Counted from the stretch's first letter, positions 1-14,189 are shown. The stretch is 64,000 bases of DNA from Chrysomallon squamiferum (GCA_012295275.1 CM022672.1:20708001-20772000); one strand, 5' to 3'. Notes: a model not told the origin generated them from the sequence alone. A program made the numbers and translations.

Positions 1-40
1 AAATAATTTGGAATTTTTTGTGGGCGAGACAATTAATTTC

Positions 41-92
<52 letters not shown>

Positions 93-313
93 GTTGTTGT
101 TGTTCTTTATTATTATTAATTTAAATATTTATTTATTTTTTAACATTGAAGTTATAGCATTTTGAGTCAGAATTATCAAAATGTTATCTTAGAAATATTT
201 CTACTATTATTATTATTATTATTATTAATTTTTTACAAAAATATTTTTCAAAAGTCATGTTGTTTCTGTTACACTGTTTACTGCTTTGAGGAGTAATTCA
301 TTAACACTCTTAC

Positions 314-1227
314 ATCCATCACATCTATCTCCATCTCTGCCAGCAGGACAGCGACAGTGATTTGGTCTATCACAGGTACCTCCATTTCTACAGTCAGGAA
401 GACAGACAGCTGAAAAAAAGAGAAAACAAAGAGATCCCTGTAAACTAAAAATTAAATTATTTGAATGTTTAACAAATAAAGTATCCCAGCAATTTATGAG
501 GCAAGCTTGGGACCAGAGGTGGGTTGGATTTCTGGATTAAATCATTACTGATAAAATGTTGAGTAAAATATAAAATAAACAAGGAAATGAATAAAAAAGA
601 GTAAACTGAAACATAACTTATTGTCAGAGGATCATCTATATATACTGTCACCTGAACTGGCGTCATGGAAGTTAAAATGCTCCTAATTCAAATGTAGCCA
701 ATTTCAAATAAAGGTGCTTTTTTATGTTTAATTTCTGTCCAGTTACATGATTAAGAAATAACGAACGAAGATAGCACTGTAAACACATATTGAGATTCTT
801 GTTGTTGCTATATTTTCATGTATGCTTTCGTAAAATTTACGAATAAAATTTCTTATATGATATAATTTCGTTTATTTCTTTTAATTTGAACAGAAATACT
901 AACTAATCAGAAGTTCCTATTCAGCTGTGCTTGTTAACGTCAGATTATGTCAGTAAGAAACAAACTTACGAACGGTGCAGCTAGTTGAATCCCACCTCGT
1001 TCTCTTCCAGCCCATGCAACAGTAAGGTTCATATCTGTACCGTATCGTCCAGGCATATGTAGAGGAACAGCAGCTGAAACAAAACATATAATTTAGCTAA
1101 CATAGGTAATGTCTAACAAATCGAAAAATTAGTCTTAAGCATATAATAAAAAAAAATAAATAAAAAAAAAATAATTGTAATTTAGGAATATAATCTTCAG
1201 ATTATAGCTAGTTTATAGATTTTATTT

Positions 1228-1302
<75 letters not shown>

Positions 1303-2269
1303 ATCTCTTTATTTTTTTAAATTATTATATTTTCAGTAAAACTCTCATCCTTAAGAAACAAATTTAATTGCGAATTTACATTTAAAGTTTTTAGAAACTC
1401 TAAAAATAAATAAAAAAAGAAAAGAAAAGTACTTACATAAACCAGAAGCTGAAAGTACATACGCGTACTCGTTCATAATAACGCACTCTTCGATGACACA
1501 CATGTCTATAAATAAATAAATACATCAGTGTAATTTTGTGTGTGTAAAAAGGGGCGATCGTACAAAATGCTATAAAACATGTACGTAAATACGTTAGTGA
1601 ACGCATAAAGCAAAAACAAATACTACATCACAATTACATATAAATATTTATAATCAAAATCTTAAATAAAGGACACCAAACAGTCTGTTGCTATGGGCTG
1701 CGAAACGAGCAGCAATGTGAAAAATCGTAAAAAAAAATAGTTTATAAAAGCTGGTTATTATCCAGGTATTTTTTTTATTGATGACTAACTTAAACTTTAA
1801 TGTTCAGGTAAACTGTAATAGGACAATAGAGGGTGTGTTGCATCATGAACTTTATTTCAGTTTATGTTTTACGAATTGACAAACCAGTCTGCAAATAAAT
1901 CTTGTTAAACTGAAAAACTATATACATATATAATAAACTGTCATATCGAGTAAAACGATGTTTTTGCCAAAGCCATAATAAAAATTGGGACACTATCACA
2001 ATGGCTAAAAGCATTAAAGTTTAGACAGCTGTTGGAAAAAAAAAAAAAAAAAAAGAAATGAAATAAATTAAAAAAAAAATAATATATCAAAATATTTCTT
2101 TTGAATAAATTATTTTCGATAAAAAGAGTTTTCAAGTATATGTCTGTACGTACGACAACTAATTTTATACGTGGTTTATGTAACACGGTCATATTATACA
2201 CACGCCAGGTCTTATTAAACGTACAATAGTTAATTGAAACGTCATTTGCTGTTTCCCAAAACGAAAAAC

Positions 2270-2326
<57 letters not shown>

Positions 2327-3306
2327 AAAAATAAAAAGTAAAAATTGCTATAATCAGATATCTTCTATAATTATCAGATTTAAACGTGTGGTTATTGCTG
2401 CTGTCATTTGCAGACTACGAACAGTCGCATTTATAGAACGAAAATACCGTATGACGCTTTGTAATATAATGCGAATTGATGGACACGTGACTTTATCTCC
2501 CAATCAAATGCTCGCAGCTAAAAGTTTTTGTTGGTTAAGTAGTAAGTAGTCCAAGGAATAAAATATCCATTTCAATAGTAAAATATTTGTTTTCTCAGCG
2601 AGCTTTCCAGACTACTGGTTTACAAATTAGCGAGCTGTGTAGCCAATATGAGATGTAGAGGTAGTTTAAATCATTGCGAAAAATTATAAAAAATAATATA
2701 ATTTTGTTTGTTTGTTTATCAATTCTATTCTATTTCGACTTGTCACAAGAAAATAGCCCTGTGTGACAGAACTGTCTAAATACCAGATAATTCAAAAGAT
2801 TTTGAAACATAAACAGCTGACATGCTTTTGACTTGCCGCTCGCCAAATCATATCTCTATAATTATTTTTTGAAGTCAACGTACTTATTTGTAAACTATTT
2901 ATTTTTAAATACCTGTTGCTTTGAAACTTTTTAAGCCTTATAACATACACAATTTAATAAAATAATTCTCCTTAGAAAGTTATTTATTCTTCATTATTGT
3001 TAATATGATAATTTTTTGGTGTATATATTTTTAAAAACTTACATGAAACATCAATTTTAATTACATGACAAATAAAAAGATTAGTTCATGACAATATGTC
3101 TGTTATAAATTCTGTAGCCCCATTATAACATAACTTACGTTATAGGCGCCGAACTAGCTTGATTCGTCCTATTGTATAAAATTCAATTGTTTTGCTGTCT
3201 GTCACAATAAATAAATAAATAAATAAATAACAGCTTACCCCGACCACCCATGAGCTAAAGCTAGAAAGGAGATCAAACACAGAACTGAAAAGATTTTCAC
3301 GTCCAT
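314..3306 (-). CDS. Tandem paralog of the receptor pseudokinase, 5' four exons (signal peptide, EMI-like, EGF); continues off the left edge
   Basis: Exons 3239-3306, 1437-1505, 970-1073 and 314-409 have the same lengths (68/69/104/96) and phases as the gene at 29397-32620. The frame is open: [112 protein letters not shown]. Confidence 0.85.
1230..1300. repeat. (TC)n microsatellite
   Basis: Perfect dinucleotide run. Confidence 0.95.
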
Positions 3307-3384
3307 CTTGATTTGATGCTTTCTCTAAAATGAATAAGGCGCTGTGGATCGGGAAGTAAGTTGTTAAAAGGAAAAATCCTTAGC

Positions 3385-3421
<37 letters not shown>

Positions 3422-3849
3422 TGAAAGCAATAATACAAGCTGAAACATACGGGTGTACAAGAAGGAAGTATATTACAGTTGCTTGATATATTTCTTAAAA
3501 GAAACAAGAAGTAAAAAGAGAAGGAAATATTAAGATTTTCAGTTGCAAAGTATGATTAATAATAATAATGATGATGATGATGACGACGATGATGATGGTG
3601 GTGATCATAATAATAATATTTAGATATCAAAAATTGATATTAGAATACATTATCCTTTAGAGATTAACATAAATTTCATTAACGAAGTCTTTTTTAAATT
3701 ACCATATTTTCAATGACCTATATATATGTGTGTGTGTGTGTGGGTGGGTGGGTGTCCGTCTGTCCGTTGTGTGTGCGTGTTTTCGCTTGCGTCATGCATT
3801 TTTCCTTTGACAGTTTACATCCTGATACAAAGATCGTTATTATTACAGT

Positions 3850-3940
3850 GCAAACATCAAATCAAGATGGATTAGAAAAAAATGTCACTTCTGTGTTTGT
3901 TATCATTTTGTATCTTTAGCTCATTGGTGAGGGTAAAACA
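3850..3940 (+). pseudogene. Head-to-head decayed copy of receptor exon 1
   Basis: aacatcaaatcaagATGGATTAG...tcacttctgtgttt...tttagctcattggtgagg|gtaaaa aligns to exon 1 of the minus-strand gene, with a stop at codon 3. Confidence 0.65.
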
Positions 3941-4479
3941 TTTGATATATATATATAAAAGATAAGTTCTGGTGAACAACAGATAAAAATGCCTTTGCTG
4001 TTGTTTGATAACGTCACTTACAGCTACGTTTAACATATATACCCAGTTGAAAAGTTGAGAGAACCTAGAGTTTCCATGGTTATTCTAATCTGGAAAGACA
4101 TGTCAATTAAACTTAATTTTTGTAGAAAGCAAAACATAATTGAATAATGTTGCTTATTAAAAATCAATAGCCGAAAACAAATCGTTGATTACATCATATA
4201 TGCCGTATTCGTAAACCATACATGTGTTCAGAGAAAAGAAGGCTGGAGGAAAAAAAACAAGATAACAGTGTTCCAGAAAGATACCTAGGGATATTAAGAT
4301 GTGATAAAATCACTAATCACTCAGTAGCATTCAGGATCTATATGCGCTGATCACTGCTTGTACCTTATTGTTACCAATGAACCTTTGAACTGTTTGTTTT
4401 TTGGACGTGTTTAGGAAGCAACTCAACAGATATCCCGTATACAAACATGAAATAAATCGACATTAACCCGCATTCGTAA

Positions 4480-4830
4480 TTATACATTCATCTCACAAAC
4501 ATACAAACGTACACGGATGTGTCTGCCAGTCAACTGAGGACGGTTAAGAGGTCTTAGAGATATTTCGCAACTTTGAAACGATTTCTAACCATCTGATTCG
4601 TGTGCAGTGGTGAAGCATATTTATTATAGCAGATTTCTATCTTCACAAACAGATGCTGTTTCAGGTCTTTTGGAACTTGGTTTTGTACCAATTTAGTGAT
4701 ACTCAAGCTGTCTTGCATTAGCCCTGCATGACATCCCGCCATTTTTCATTTCGGTTATTCTCATACTGTCTATGCCTTGCCATTTCACAATTTCAAATGA
4801 AGATATAATTATATTTTTTAGTTACGGACA
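4480..4830 (-). mobile_element. Decayed Tc1/mariner transposase fragment (N-terminal HTH region)
   Basis: Broken frames read EIVKWQ..GMSCRANARQL, SVCEDRNLL, VRNRFKVAKYL and RPLNRPQLTGRHIRVRL, resembling Tc1 HTH motifs. A partial copy is at 33230-33400. Confidence 0.6.
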
Positions 4831-6654
4831 GTGGAAAAACGTCCAACAAAAGATAATTTGTTAATTTGTAGGACCATTTTGATGCATTCTAGGGAATGTT
4901 AGCAGACTGTACACACATTGCAGACTGTAATGTACATGAAGTTAACTTTGCTTGTACCACTAGTTGAATGAATTTTTAATACTTTTTAAAAACCAAAACA
5001 ATAGGTGAGACATGATATCTTTTTGTACTAAGTATAATTATATGTAAGAGCTTACATTGTCCACGTTTATAAACATTTAACTTTCATTTTATATGCAGGA
5101 TCATGTTAGAATAACTTGGCTAAATAGTTATTCACCTCTTACAATTTTCGGTTTTTAATCAGGTGCTTGCTGAACAGGGTAAAACTTTCAATACAGAAAC
5201 ATCACATTATGCAAAATGTGCAACTAAAAGGATGTTATTTTTAAATGTCTCTAACTACGCTTGCTTCAAAGTACATTTAAAAAATACATTGGCAAAAAGT
5301 ACCTGTACTTAAAAGTATTATTTATTTATGAAATATTTAAAATGTACATTTATCTCAAATATATTATGTGGCACAATTGGTTTGGGGTATTGAATTAGAT
5401 CCGCGTATCCTGTTAAACCAAATACTGAATGAGAATTTTTGTTTTTTGAATGTCAGTGCTATTCCATGCTCTACATATTCCAGTTTTATAAAGATGCCGT
5501 GTATAGTTTTGCATTGTCATTGTAATGTATTAGCTGCTGAATCAAAGTGAAAAGATCTTTCATGACTAAAGATATATGACTCATGCAGGTACTATTGTTA
5601 TTTTAATGTTCTTCCTTTATTGCAGCCAATAAAATGCTCAACATAATTATTATAGCTCATGTTATTACAAATGAAAATATTCACAAACTTCACTCATTAA
5701 TCGGTTAACATAGTTTCTTAACGCACTGTCAACTTTTAGACCTATACACAGAAGCACTCGCACAGACTAATTAATTAATTGATTACATTTAATTATTTTT
5801 TTAACTGTCTTTCTGTCTTTTTATTTATTTACTTATTTATTTAATTATATTATTACATGCAGTTACTAAAAAAGATTTATTAAAGCCACAAAAACATGTA
5901 ATGGTTTTTTTATGGAACTAGTTATACAGTTAAGAATTTAAAAAAATAGAAGATATCTACTTGCGTTGAATATGACTTTAATAATATTTAACATGTAAAA
6001 AAGATAAATATTTTGTTTATTAGTTACATCAATTTAAACCGAAACGAGGAAACTCTATTCACATTTAATGAAGCGAGGTAAACTTTAGTTATTTTCTTAT
6101 TAAAATGAGTATGAAACAAGAAACTTGTATTTCTTTTGTTATCTGTATAATATTTTCAAATACATTTATCAGAACTTGTGACAGGTCGGAACTTCAACAG
6201 TTTAAGCCTCAGAACATACACGGTGTAATAAAATAATATAAAAATAATCGCATCCTGATTAAAACAATGTAGCTGGCCTTCATCCAAAATTTGACTACTG
6301 CTGTTCTGTGATCTGTTCATATCGAATTTAGATTTGCTAAATGTGAGAAGAGACTAGAACAAATACTTTTTTTTTATGACATTCACATTCGAGCATATAT
6401 AGGTATATATTTAACACGCAAGAGTGAGTATATAACAGATAAAATGTGCAAAGAAGAAATATTAGAAGAAATGATATTGTTAAAGCATATAGAGATTGAT
6501 TTATCATTAATAACGTATTAAAACAAAAAAGTCTGATTTTGAAGAATTGTTTTTTAAAACTAATTTCATCTTATGCTTTCAGTTTTATTATTTCAGTTAT
6601 TACATAAATAATAGTATTTGTTACATACATCATCGTTTATAGACGCCTAGTTTT

Positions 6655-6695
<41 letters not shown>

Positions 6696-7667
6696 GATTG
6701 ATGAAAAAATTATGTCAAATGGAGATACAGGATTAAAGAGAAGAGTAAAGTATAGGCAATTCCAATATTACATAAAGGTATACAAAAATAATTATAATAC
6801 GGTATAAAGTTTAAACAAGGAGCAGCAGGTACTGATTCATTTGAATAACGCCAAAAGATACATATTTAATTTTTTAATATCTTTTCTTTTCTTCCTCAGG
6901 ATATAAACATTTTATCGTAATGAAATGTAGAAGTAGGTATTGCGTACATATTTCACAATGCCTTGTCCGTATTCAAAAAAGAAATCTATAAAGTCGTTGC
7001 ATTTCAAATGTTCTATAAATAATCCTTGTGAATGGTTTTATTGTACACCAATGATCTTGTCAAAAGATTTCATGCAGTTTGTTTTTTCAATGATTCTTGT
7101 ATTACGGTCAGAAAAATATATATGTATATATTTTCAAATTATTATTCTTTTTTCTATATTTGACATTAATCCAGATCCGTTTCTTGAAATAAATAAATAA
7201 ATAAACACCACACACATACACACACGTACAAATTTAAAGATAAGACACTCATGTATTAAAATAATATTTAATAATAGCAATAAAAGAAAGCCAATAAACT
7301 AAAATCTGTCATGAATTAATTTCCAGTATCATGTTTATAACTGGCATAACTATAATGAACTTGTTATTATTATTATTTATTTGTTTTATTGTGTAACAAA
7401 GGATGGTAATTAACAAAAATCCACCTAGCTGTTAAGATTAGTAATCTGTTAATCTCAACTTAAGTAGATACTCATATTTAAAATAATCAAGTTATCAATA
7501 AAGACTGGCGAACACTGAAAGGTAACAAAGGTGGTTTTTTGTGTTTTTTTTTTTTTCACGGATGCTACTGAGATTACCTAGTATTTTTGTACGGAAGACA
7601 TTCAGAACTATCTCCCAGTTAGTCAGTTTAAAGAAAAATCAACGAAGTTAATGTAATAATTGGTGTC

Positions 7668-7765
7668 CAGTGTTCAGTTGGCGGGCCGGACTAAAATCCT
7701 TGGCTAGCCGGATTAAAATCCATCGCGGGTCAAGTGTTGCCGAGCCCGGGCTTAGAGAACTGTGA
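7668..7765. mobile_element. Short GC-rich insertion, possible hAT-type MITE relic
   Basis: Begins CAGTGTTC, has an internal CCGGA(C/T)TAAAATCC duplicate and ends ...GAGAACTG. Absent from duplicate copy B. Confidence 0.35.
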
Positions 7766-8388
7766 ACAGTTCAACCCCAAGGCGCAGGCGGGTTACAATA
7801 ATAAACCTAGAGAAGTGCGAGAGAAACGAGTCGAACGAGTTATTTGAGAAGATTTAGCGGCCTCTATTAATGTTACCAGAGATTTCGCTGCCCAGTAACA
7901 ATTAACATTTGCATTCTTATCTAAAACGTTAAACATTTATTTATTCATTCATTACTTAGGTACGCATGGATAATTTCGCAGTACGCTAAATTCATCAGGT
8001 ATCTTGTTTTCTACTTAAGTACCCTGCCACGGTCCACTTCCGTCTTCTTACCAGTTCAGTCACATCTCTGATCTTTGTTTTATCTCTAACCCAGATCTGT
8101 GTTTTTCGGTCTCGATATGTGATGATTAACAGACTGATTTTCATCTTTGTTTGTTCGGCTGCTGCTTTGTTCTTTTCAGTTTTACTTAGTGAATATGTAG
8201 AAATTTCTTTTCAGAATGTTGATCTTTTTACAAACCGACTCAATATTAAGTGACTAAATGTGGCTTTAAACAATTTTAGATATTGTATCAGCCATACATT
8301 AAACTGTATGTTGTATATGGATAGGCCTATTATTAAGGAAATTATTTGTTTAAAATATCTAGACATAAAGATCAAGCTTTGAAACATA

Positions 8389-8406
8389 TAATAATAATAA
8401 TAATAA

Positions 8407-8437
<31 letters not shown>

Positions 8438-8490
8438 AAGAAGAAGAAGAAGAAGAAGAAGAAGAAGAAGAAGAGTGAAGAAGAAGAAAT
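8389..8490. repeat. (AAT)n(AAG)n compound microsatellite
   Basis: Direct reading. Confidence 0.95.
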
Positions 8491-8529
8491 ATAATTAATA
8501 AACAAACAAACAGACAAACAAAATTAAAT

Positions 8530-9530
8530 CATTACTTATAACTTATTACAATGATTTTGACTACTCTGCACCTCATATAGGCTGCACAGCTCGCTAATTC
8601 GTAAACCAGTAGTCTGGAAAGCCCGTTTTGGGGAACAGCAAATGGCGTTTCGATTAACTTCAGTACGTTTAATATGACCTGTCATGCATATAATAATATT
8701 AAGACCGCGGTACATATAATATAACTACTATATAAAATAGTTTCGTACTTACAACATAACCGCCGTACATATGATGTGACCTATGGTAATATTATATTCC
8801 GTAAAACACTGTAACTATTATATACTTCAAAATAATTTGTCATAAATAATAAATGAAAATTCCATTTCATCATATTATATGATCGTACTTTTTTTTACTA
8901 CTTACTTATCCAGCAGCTCTCAGAAATTAAATTTATTTACTTAATATTCTTTACTTAATATGTTGGAATTCTGACATTAGCAATTCTAATAGAGTCCTGT
9001 TGATCTGACTTTTTTCTTTTTGATTTAACAATTAAAACATCCTCTTACTCAATATGACTATTTATAATACATACATACAGTTTATCAATTTAACAAACTG
9101 GTTCGTCAACTTGTAAATCATAAACTGAAATAAACTGCAAGTTGCAACACACCCTCTATTGTCCTTTTACAGCTGAGATGAACAGAGCCTAGAAAACAGC
9201 TTTCTCTAAACTACGTCATCTTTTGTTATTAAAGTTAAGTTAAATCTGGAGTACACTCATCCAGTGAAATATAACACAGATATCTTTTAAAAGCTACCAT
9301 GTTATATCACGATTCGTCACATCACTGGTACACAAGTTTTGTCTTATCTCCTTGTTTTCTCTTTTCTTTCATTGCCTTAATGATGTCCTTTCTTTCGTCG
9401 TTATAGTAATAGTTGGTGCCTTTTAACATGCAGTATATACAAACTGGTTTGTCAACTTGTAAAATATAAACTGAAATAAACTGCAAGATGCAGCTCACCC
9501 TCTGTTGTCCTTTAACAGTTAAATCTCTCA
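8530..9530 (+). repeat. Inverted copy of intron-1 sequence (1760-2700)
   Basis: 8549-8625 is the reverse complement of ~2597-2678, 8626-8710 of ~2180-2262, and both 9095-9165 and 9441-9510 of ~1820-1890. Confidence 0.8.
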
Positions 9531-9771
9531 TATGAAATGACATAAATTAAAAAAAAAATCCCACCAAATGTAGATACTAAATTTGTAGTTTATAGTTTAA
9601 ATAATTAAAAATAATAATTAAGAGGATTAAATTTTAAAAAATAATCGAGTTTGATGCTAGGAGAAGTAGCAGTCCAGTCATTAAAATAAAAATATTTTTT
9701 TTAAATATTATTATTATTATTATCATTATTATATATCCATCTATCTATCTATCTCAAAAAAATTATGAGAG

Positions 9772-9829
<58 letters not shown>

Positions 9830-10910
9830 TCATACTGGATTCTTGATAATTTAATGTTTAAAAATGAAGATATCTTAAATCTAAACCATATTATCACTGA
9901 CAAAAAAAAGTAATATAAATAAATAAGACAAAATAATAAAAAAAGAGAAATAAAAAAAAATATATTAATAAAATAATAATAATAAAAATAATAATAACTA
10001 AAAAATACAATAACTCTTTGTTTATATTAATGTAAAAAAAATCAAAAATATTAAAAAATCAAATAAATAATAAAGGCCCACAAAAAGCTCCTAACACCAC
10101 CATCACCAACAACAACAACAAAAAATAACAACCCCCCCAAAACAATAAACAAATACCAACCAACCAAAAAAAAAACACAACAAAAAACAAAAACAAAACA
10201 AACAACAAAAAAAAGTAACAGTAGTAAAAACGAAAATTTCATTTCTTGAAAACCATTTTTAACTCGTCAAATTATATCTGCGTCATTTAAATATCTAAAA
10301 AAATTAAAATAAAGAAATTAAGTTTATATTACATTATCTTTTACTTATAAACAATGTCTGTAACAAAATGAAGCATAATGATGATGATGATGATGAAGGT
10401 AATGATGATAATAATAATAATAGTAATAATAATAATAATGATATTCAGGAGATGAAAGAGTGACTTACTGATGTAATTCCAGAGTCTACTTTTAAGGAAA
10501 ATTTTACATATGAACCTTCCCATAAACTTGTGTACACTTGATATTCCGGGAAGTAAGAAATTTGAAACAGCGGGAATAACTATTTGATGAATGCAGATTT
10601 TAAAGTATTCACATACAATATGATTTTTCGTTTTACTGATACTGTAACTAATAAAAATGTCATTTGAAAATAAAATTGAACATTGTTGAAAAACTCTTTA
10701 ATAGCTAATTCTCTCCATTGACTCACAATCAGTTCACTGTTTCTTAACGTTTAATTCATATTATGCAGATCTGATGACGAATATAATTAAAACACATACA
10801 ATTATGAATTAATTCCATACTGACTTCACTGGCAAAAAAGTAATAATATAACATTTTGTACATATAATAGACTGAACATAATCGATTTCTCACCACCTGT
10901 AATAGTCTTT

Positions 10911-10912
<2 letters not shown>

Positions 10913-10959
<47 letters not shown>
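10913..10959. repeat. (CA)n microsatellite
   Basis: Perfect dinucleotide run. Confidence 0.95.
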
Positions 10960-10961
<2 letters not shown>

Positions 10962-11324
10962 ATGTAAAGAAAGAAAAGCGAAATAAAACAATAATAGGAG
11001 TTAATTTTGTTTAACTATATAAACTTAAAATGCACATGAAACTGATTAAAAATGTATTTGTTTAGACAGATTTCAACCAGCTCTTGTAATCTCGGTAAAC
11101 GCTAGTTTATCAGAAAGCCTTTTTTCATAGATGTCGGTTTCGACAGAATATACAATATTTGTACTAATGCAAAGAGGTGTAAGAAAATAATATGTAATTA
11201 GTGTACATCATTCTTCTACAGGTAAGTCTTGTGCCTTCTGAACATTCTATCTTTGTCCGTAGGAGTACAAGTCGTCTGAAGGTTTCGAGCAGAAGGTAGA
11301 CTCCAGTTTCTCGACTATGTCCTT

Positions 11325-11818
11325 GCATCATTTTATAGTTATTAAAAGTTGATAAAAACAATAATAAATTAATTAATTTGTTTCCCCATTTAATATTTTT
11401 TATTTCTTCTTCTTCTTCTTATTATTATTACAGAATTAAACTATTATTAAAACATTTACATTCATGTACTTACATATCCTCGCAAATTCAGGCCGGCCTG
11501 GATGATAACCTCCCTTTAGTTTGTGTTCGATATCTCGACTTCGCATATTTGGATAAGGAGTTTGTCCTGCCAGCCAGTTAGAAACCGTTTTTAAGTATCT
11601 AACACAGAATATATCAATTCATAAACAGCAGACATTTTGTCAGAAAATATAGCGAATTATTCAGTTAATCACAGAAGCACATATGTATAACATCATGCAC
11701 TTATTAGTTATACGTACTGCTGAATATTAGTATAACTGGGCTTGAGAAACACCCCCACACCCCCACACAGACATATATAAATTTAGCAATCTTAAATAAT
11801 TATAATTATATACCTACA

Positions 11819-11915
<97 letters not shown>

Positions 11916-13277
11916 GCCACGGTTGTCTCCCATCAAACATATTAAAAATAAACTCACCTAAGTTGGAGATTTCCCAAAGAACGATGCCGCAAGACCACAC
12001 ATCACTCTTTTCATCAGCGTATTTCATTGTCTTCAGACATTCTGGCGCCGTCCATTTAATAGGAATCCTGTCCTGAAAAAGTTTTTATGAAAGCAATTCA
12101 TTCATGCTGTTTTTATTTCGAATATTTATAACAACAATCACAAATAAATTAAATAAATAATAAACAAACATCAACATCAAATACTAATAACCACGCCAAC
12201 AACAACTCTTACAACGTATTAATTCGAATTAAATAATTTTTCGAATTAAATGCATTTGTTGTGTGATCAGTTCATGGCGCTCGCGAATTTTGAATAAATG
12301 AAATTACCACCTTTGAATTTTCATCTTCTTCTTTGTTATCTTCTTTTTGTGAACAATCTGCCAATGGTACAAATATAACACTGTATAAAACAGAATCAGT
12401 AGTAACGCAGTTTATGTTTAATCGCATAAAATAAACATCGTTATTATAAGTTCAATAGAGCACATTTAAATACTCTCGGAAGAAAAAGAAGATGTGTAAT
12501 CATGTAAAAAAAACACCACCATTATTATCGGTTGAATATAAGAGATTTAAATATTCTTTAAAGAAAGAAAAGTGAACACCATTATTATCGGTCTGAACAG
12601 AACAAATTGAAATACACTTTAAAGAAGAGGAAGAGGAAAAAGAAGAAGAAAAATATACACACTAGAACAAGTGACGGATTTATGACATGTATATCAATAT
12701 TTTAACTTTTATATTATATTATATTATTTTATTTACTACTACTACTACTAGTATTACTACTGGTACTACTACTACTACTATTTATTTATTTATTTAATAT
12801 TTGTTATCAATTTTAAAAAATTATGTTAATGTTTTAGGTTCACGTTAAAAGCTACTTGCGTTCATCATTCTCGACGACTGTCCCCAGCATGGCAAGAATG
12901 TTTGGGTGTTCTCCTACCTCAGTGATAGCAAAGTTACTTTTGGTTATCATGACTAGGATGTCGTCTTCTGATTGGTTGTCTGAGTAAAGAACAAATATTC
13001 ACAGCAGAACATTAATTTTATTTGAAAAGGGTGTACTTCATTAATTTACTTCTCTAAAAAATATCTTTCAAACTGTCGAAAGACTTAGCTATAACTTCGT
13101 TTCTAAATGTCGTTTAAAAAGAAATAAATTATTGATTTTTCTTTATCAGTTTTCCTTCTTTTGTTCTGTAGTTGATCCACATCTCAGTTCGCTCGTAGCA
13201 TGCTGGCGCATGGTCCCACCTGATCCTCGCCGAATCCTTGTTAACACTTTCACTATGAATATGCATGGGTCCCAAAA
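11325..13277 (-). pseudogene. Decayed paralog of the receptor pseudokinase (FN3 and kinase exon remnants)
   Basis: The FN3 exon is truncated at ~13135-13277 (LGPMHIHSESVNKDSARIRWDHAPACYERTEMWINY...*). Kinase exons remain at 12860-12979 (DNQSEDDILVMITKSNFAITEVGEHPNI, GC donor), 12308-12357 (50 nt vs 117, catalytic loop deleted), 11958-12072 ([14 protein letters not shown]...) and 11474-11566 (93 vs 94 nt, frameshift). A YKMMQ remnant lies at ~11325-11340. The TM and juxtamembrane exons are absent. Confidence 0.85.
11824..11913. repeat. (GA)n microsatellite
   Basis: Perfect dinucleotide run. Confidence 0.95.
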
Positions 13278-13891
13278 CTGAAAATACGAGGTGACCTTAT
13301 TAAAGATATCGTTGAGAAAAATATACATATATGTTAGTTAATAAATAAACACATACATACATACACGCATAAATACATACATACGTACGTACGAACACAG
13401 TGATTGTTTTGCTTATTCCTCACACAGAACAGGAAAAAGGAAATGTTTTACTGAACGATATTAACACACTTTAAATCAAAAAGTTGTATTTCATTACATA
13501 CAGAGCCAAGGATCTTACAGATGTTGGAAACTTGCAGCAGTCACTACTTCCTTCTTTTGAGAATCAAAAGACTTTATATTTACTGCCGCCTTTAGGAGAG
13601 CACAAATTAATTTTTGATTAACCAACTGAGTTATAGACACTTGAAAGCAGGGTCGGTCTTAGGAGTTACGTTTGTATCCCTAAATTTATAAAGATTACCA
13701 CATTTTCAATGCATAGAATTTTGTATTCTTCCTCCAGTTGCAAAATCACTCTAAAAGAATTCATGCTTGTAAACAGCCAAAATCTATAATAATCAAGTCA
13801 ACTATCTACACATTGAAGGTAACCATTTATTTTGTGTATTGTTAACTGTAACAAAAATCGACAATTAACTTTGATGATGATGATGATGACG

Positions 13892-13951
<60 letters not shown>

Positions 13952-14189
13952 TCTCATATGAATGTACATAATATTCATAAAAAAGAGAGAAGAAAACAGA
14001 AACTAAAAAAAAATGATGAGGGAAAACAACAATAATAACACCAATAATTAAACAATAATAAAACAAAATAAAATAAAAACCGATCATCACAAACTACTAG
14101 GCACTGGGATAATGTTTATTTCACGCAGTACAAACCAAGTATTTTTAATAACATAATAATTAAAACAGAATAAATTTATATATTGAATA

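Larger units (their letters stand above)
1..8960. repeat. Segmental duplication copy A (direct repeat of ~29140-36870)
   Basis: Collinear similarity across exons, introns and upstream DNA, e.g. 6972-7070 vs 34887-34990 and 5360-5430 vs 33955-34025. Confidence 0.85.

Noticed and set aside
6900-6932. Plus-strand AG...GT micro-exon candidate conserved at 34792-34824, and a similar candidate at 40134-40257
   Set aside because: The conservation of the first is explained by the segmental duplication. Neither has a convincing frame or partner exons, and they cannot be supported without RNA data.
13832-14090. Poly-Ile and poly-Leu ORFs (also 10341-10523, 27694-27951, 35523-35822)
   Set aside because: They are translations of trinucleotide microsatellites.
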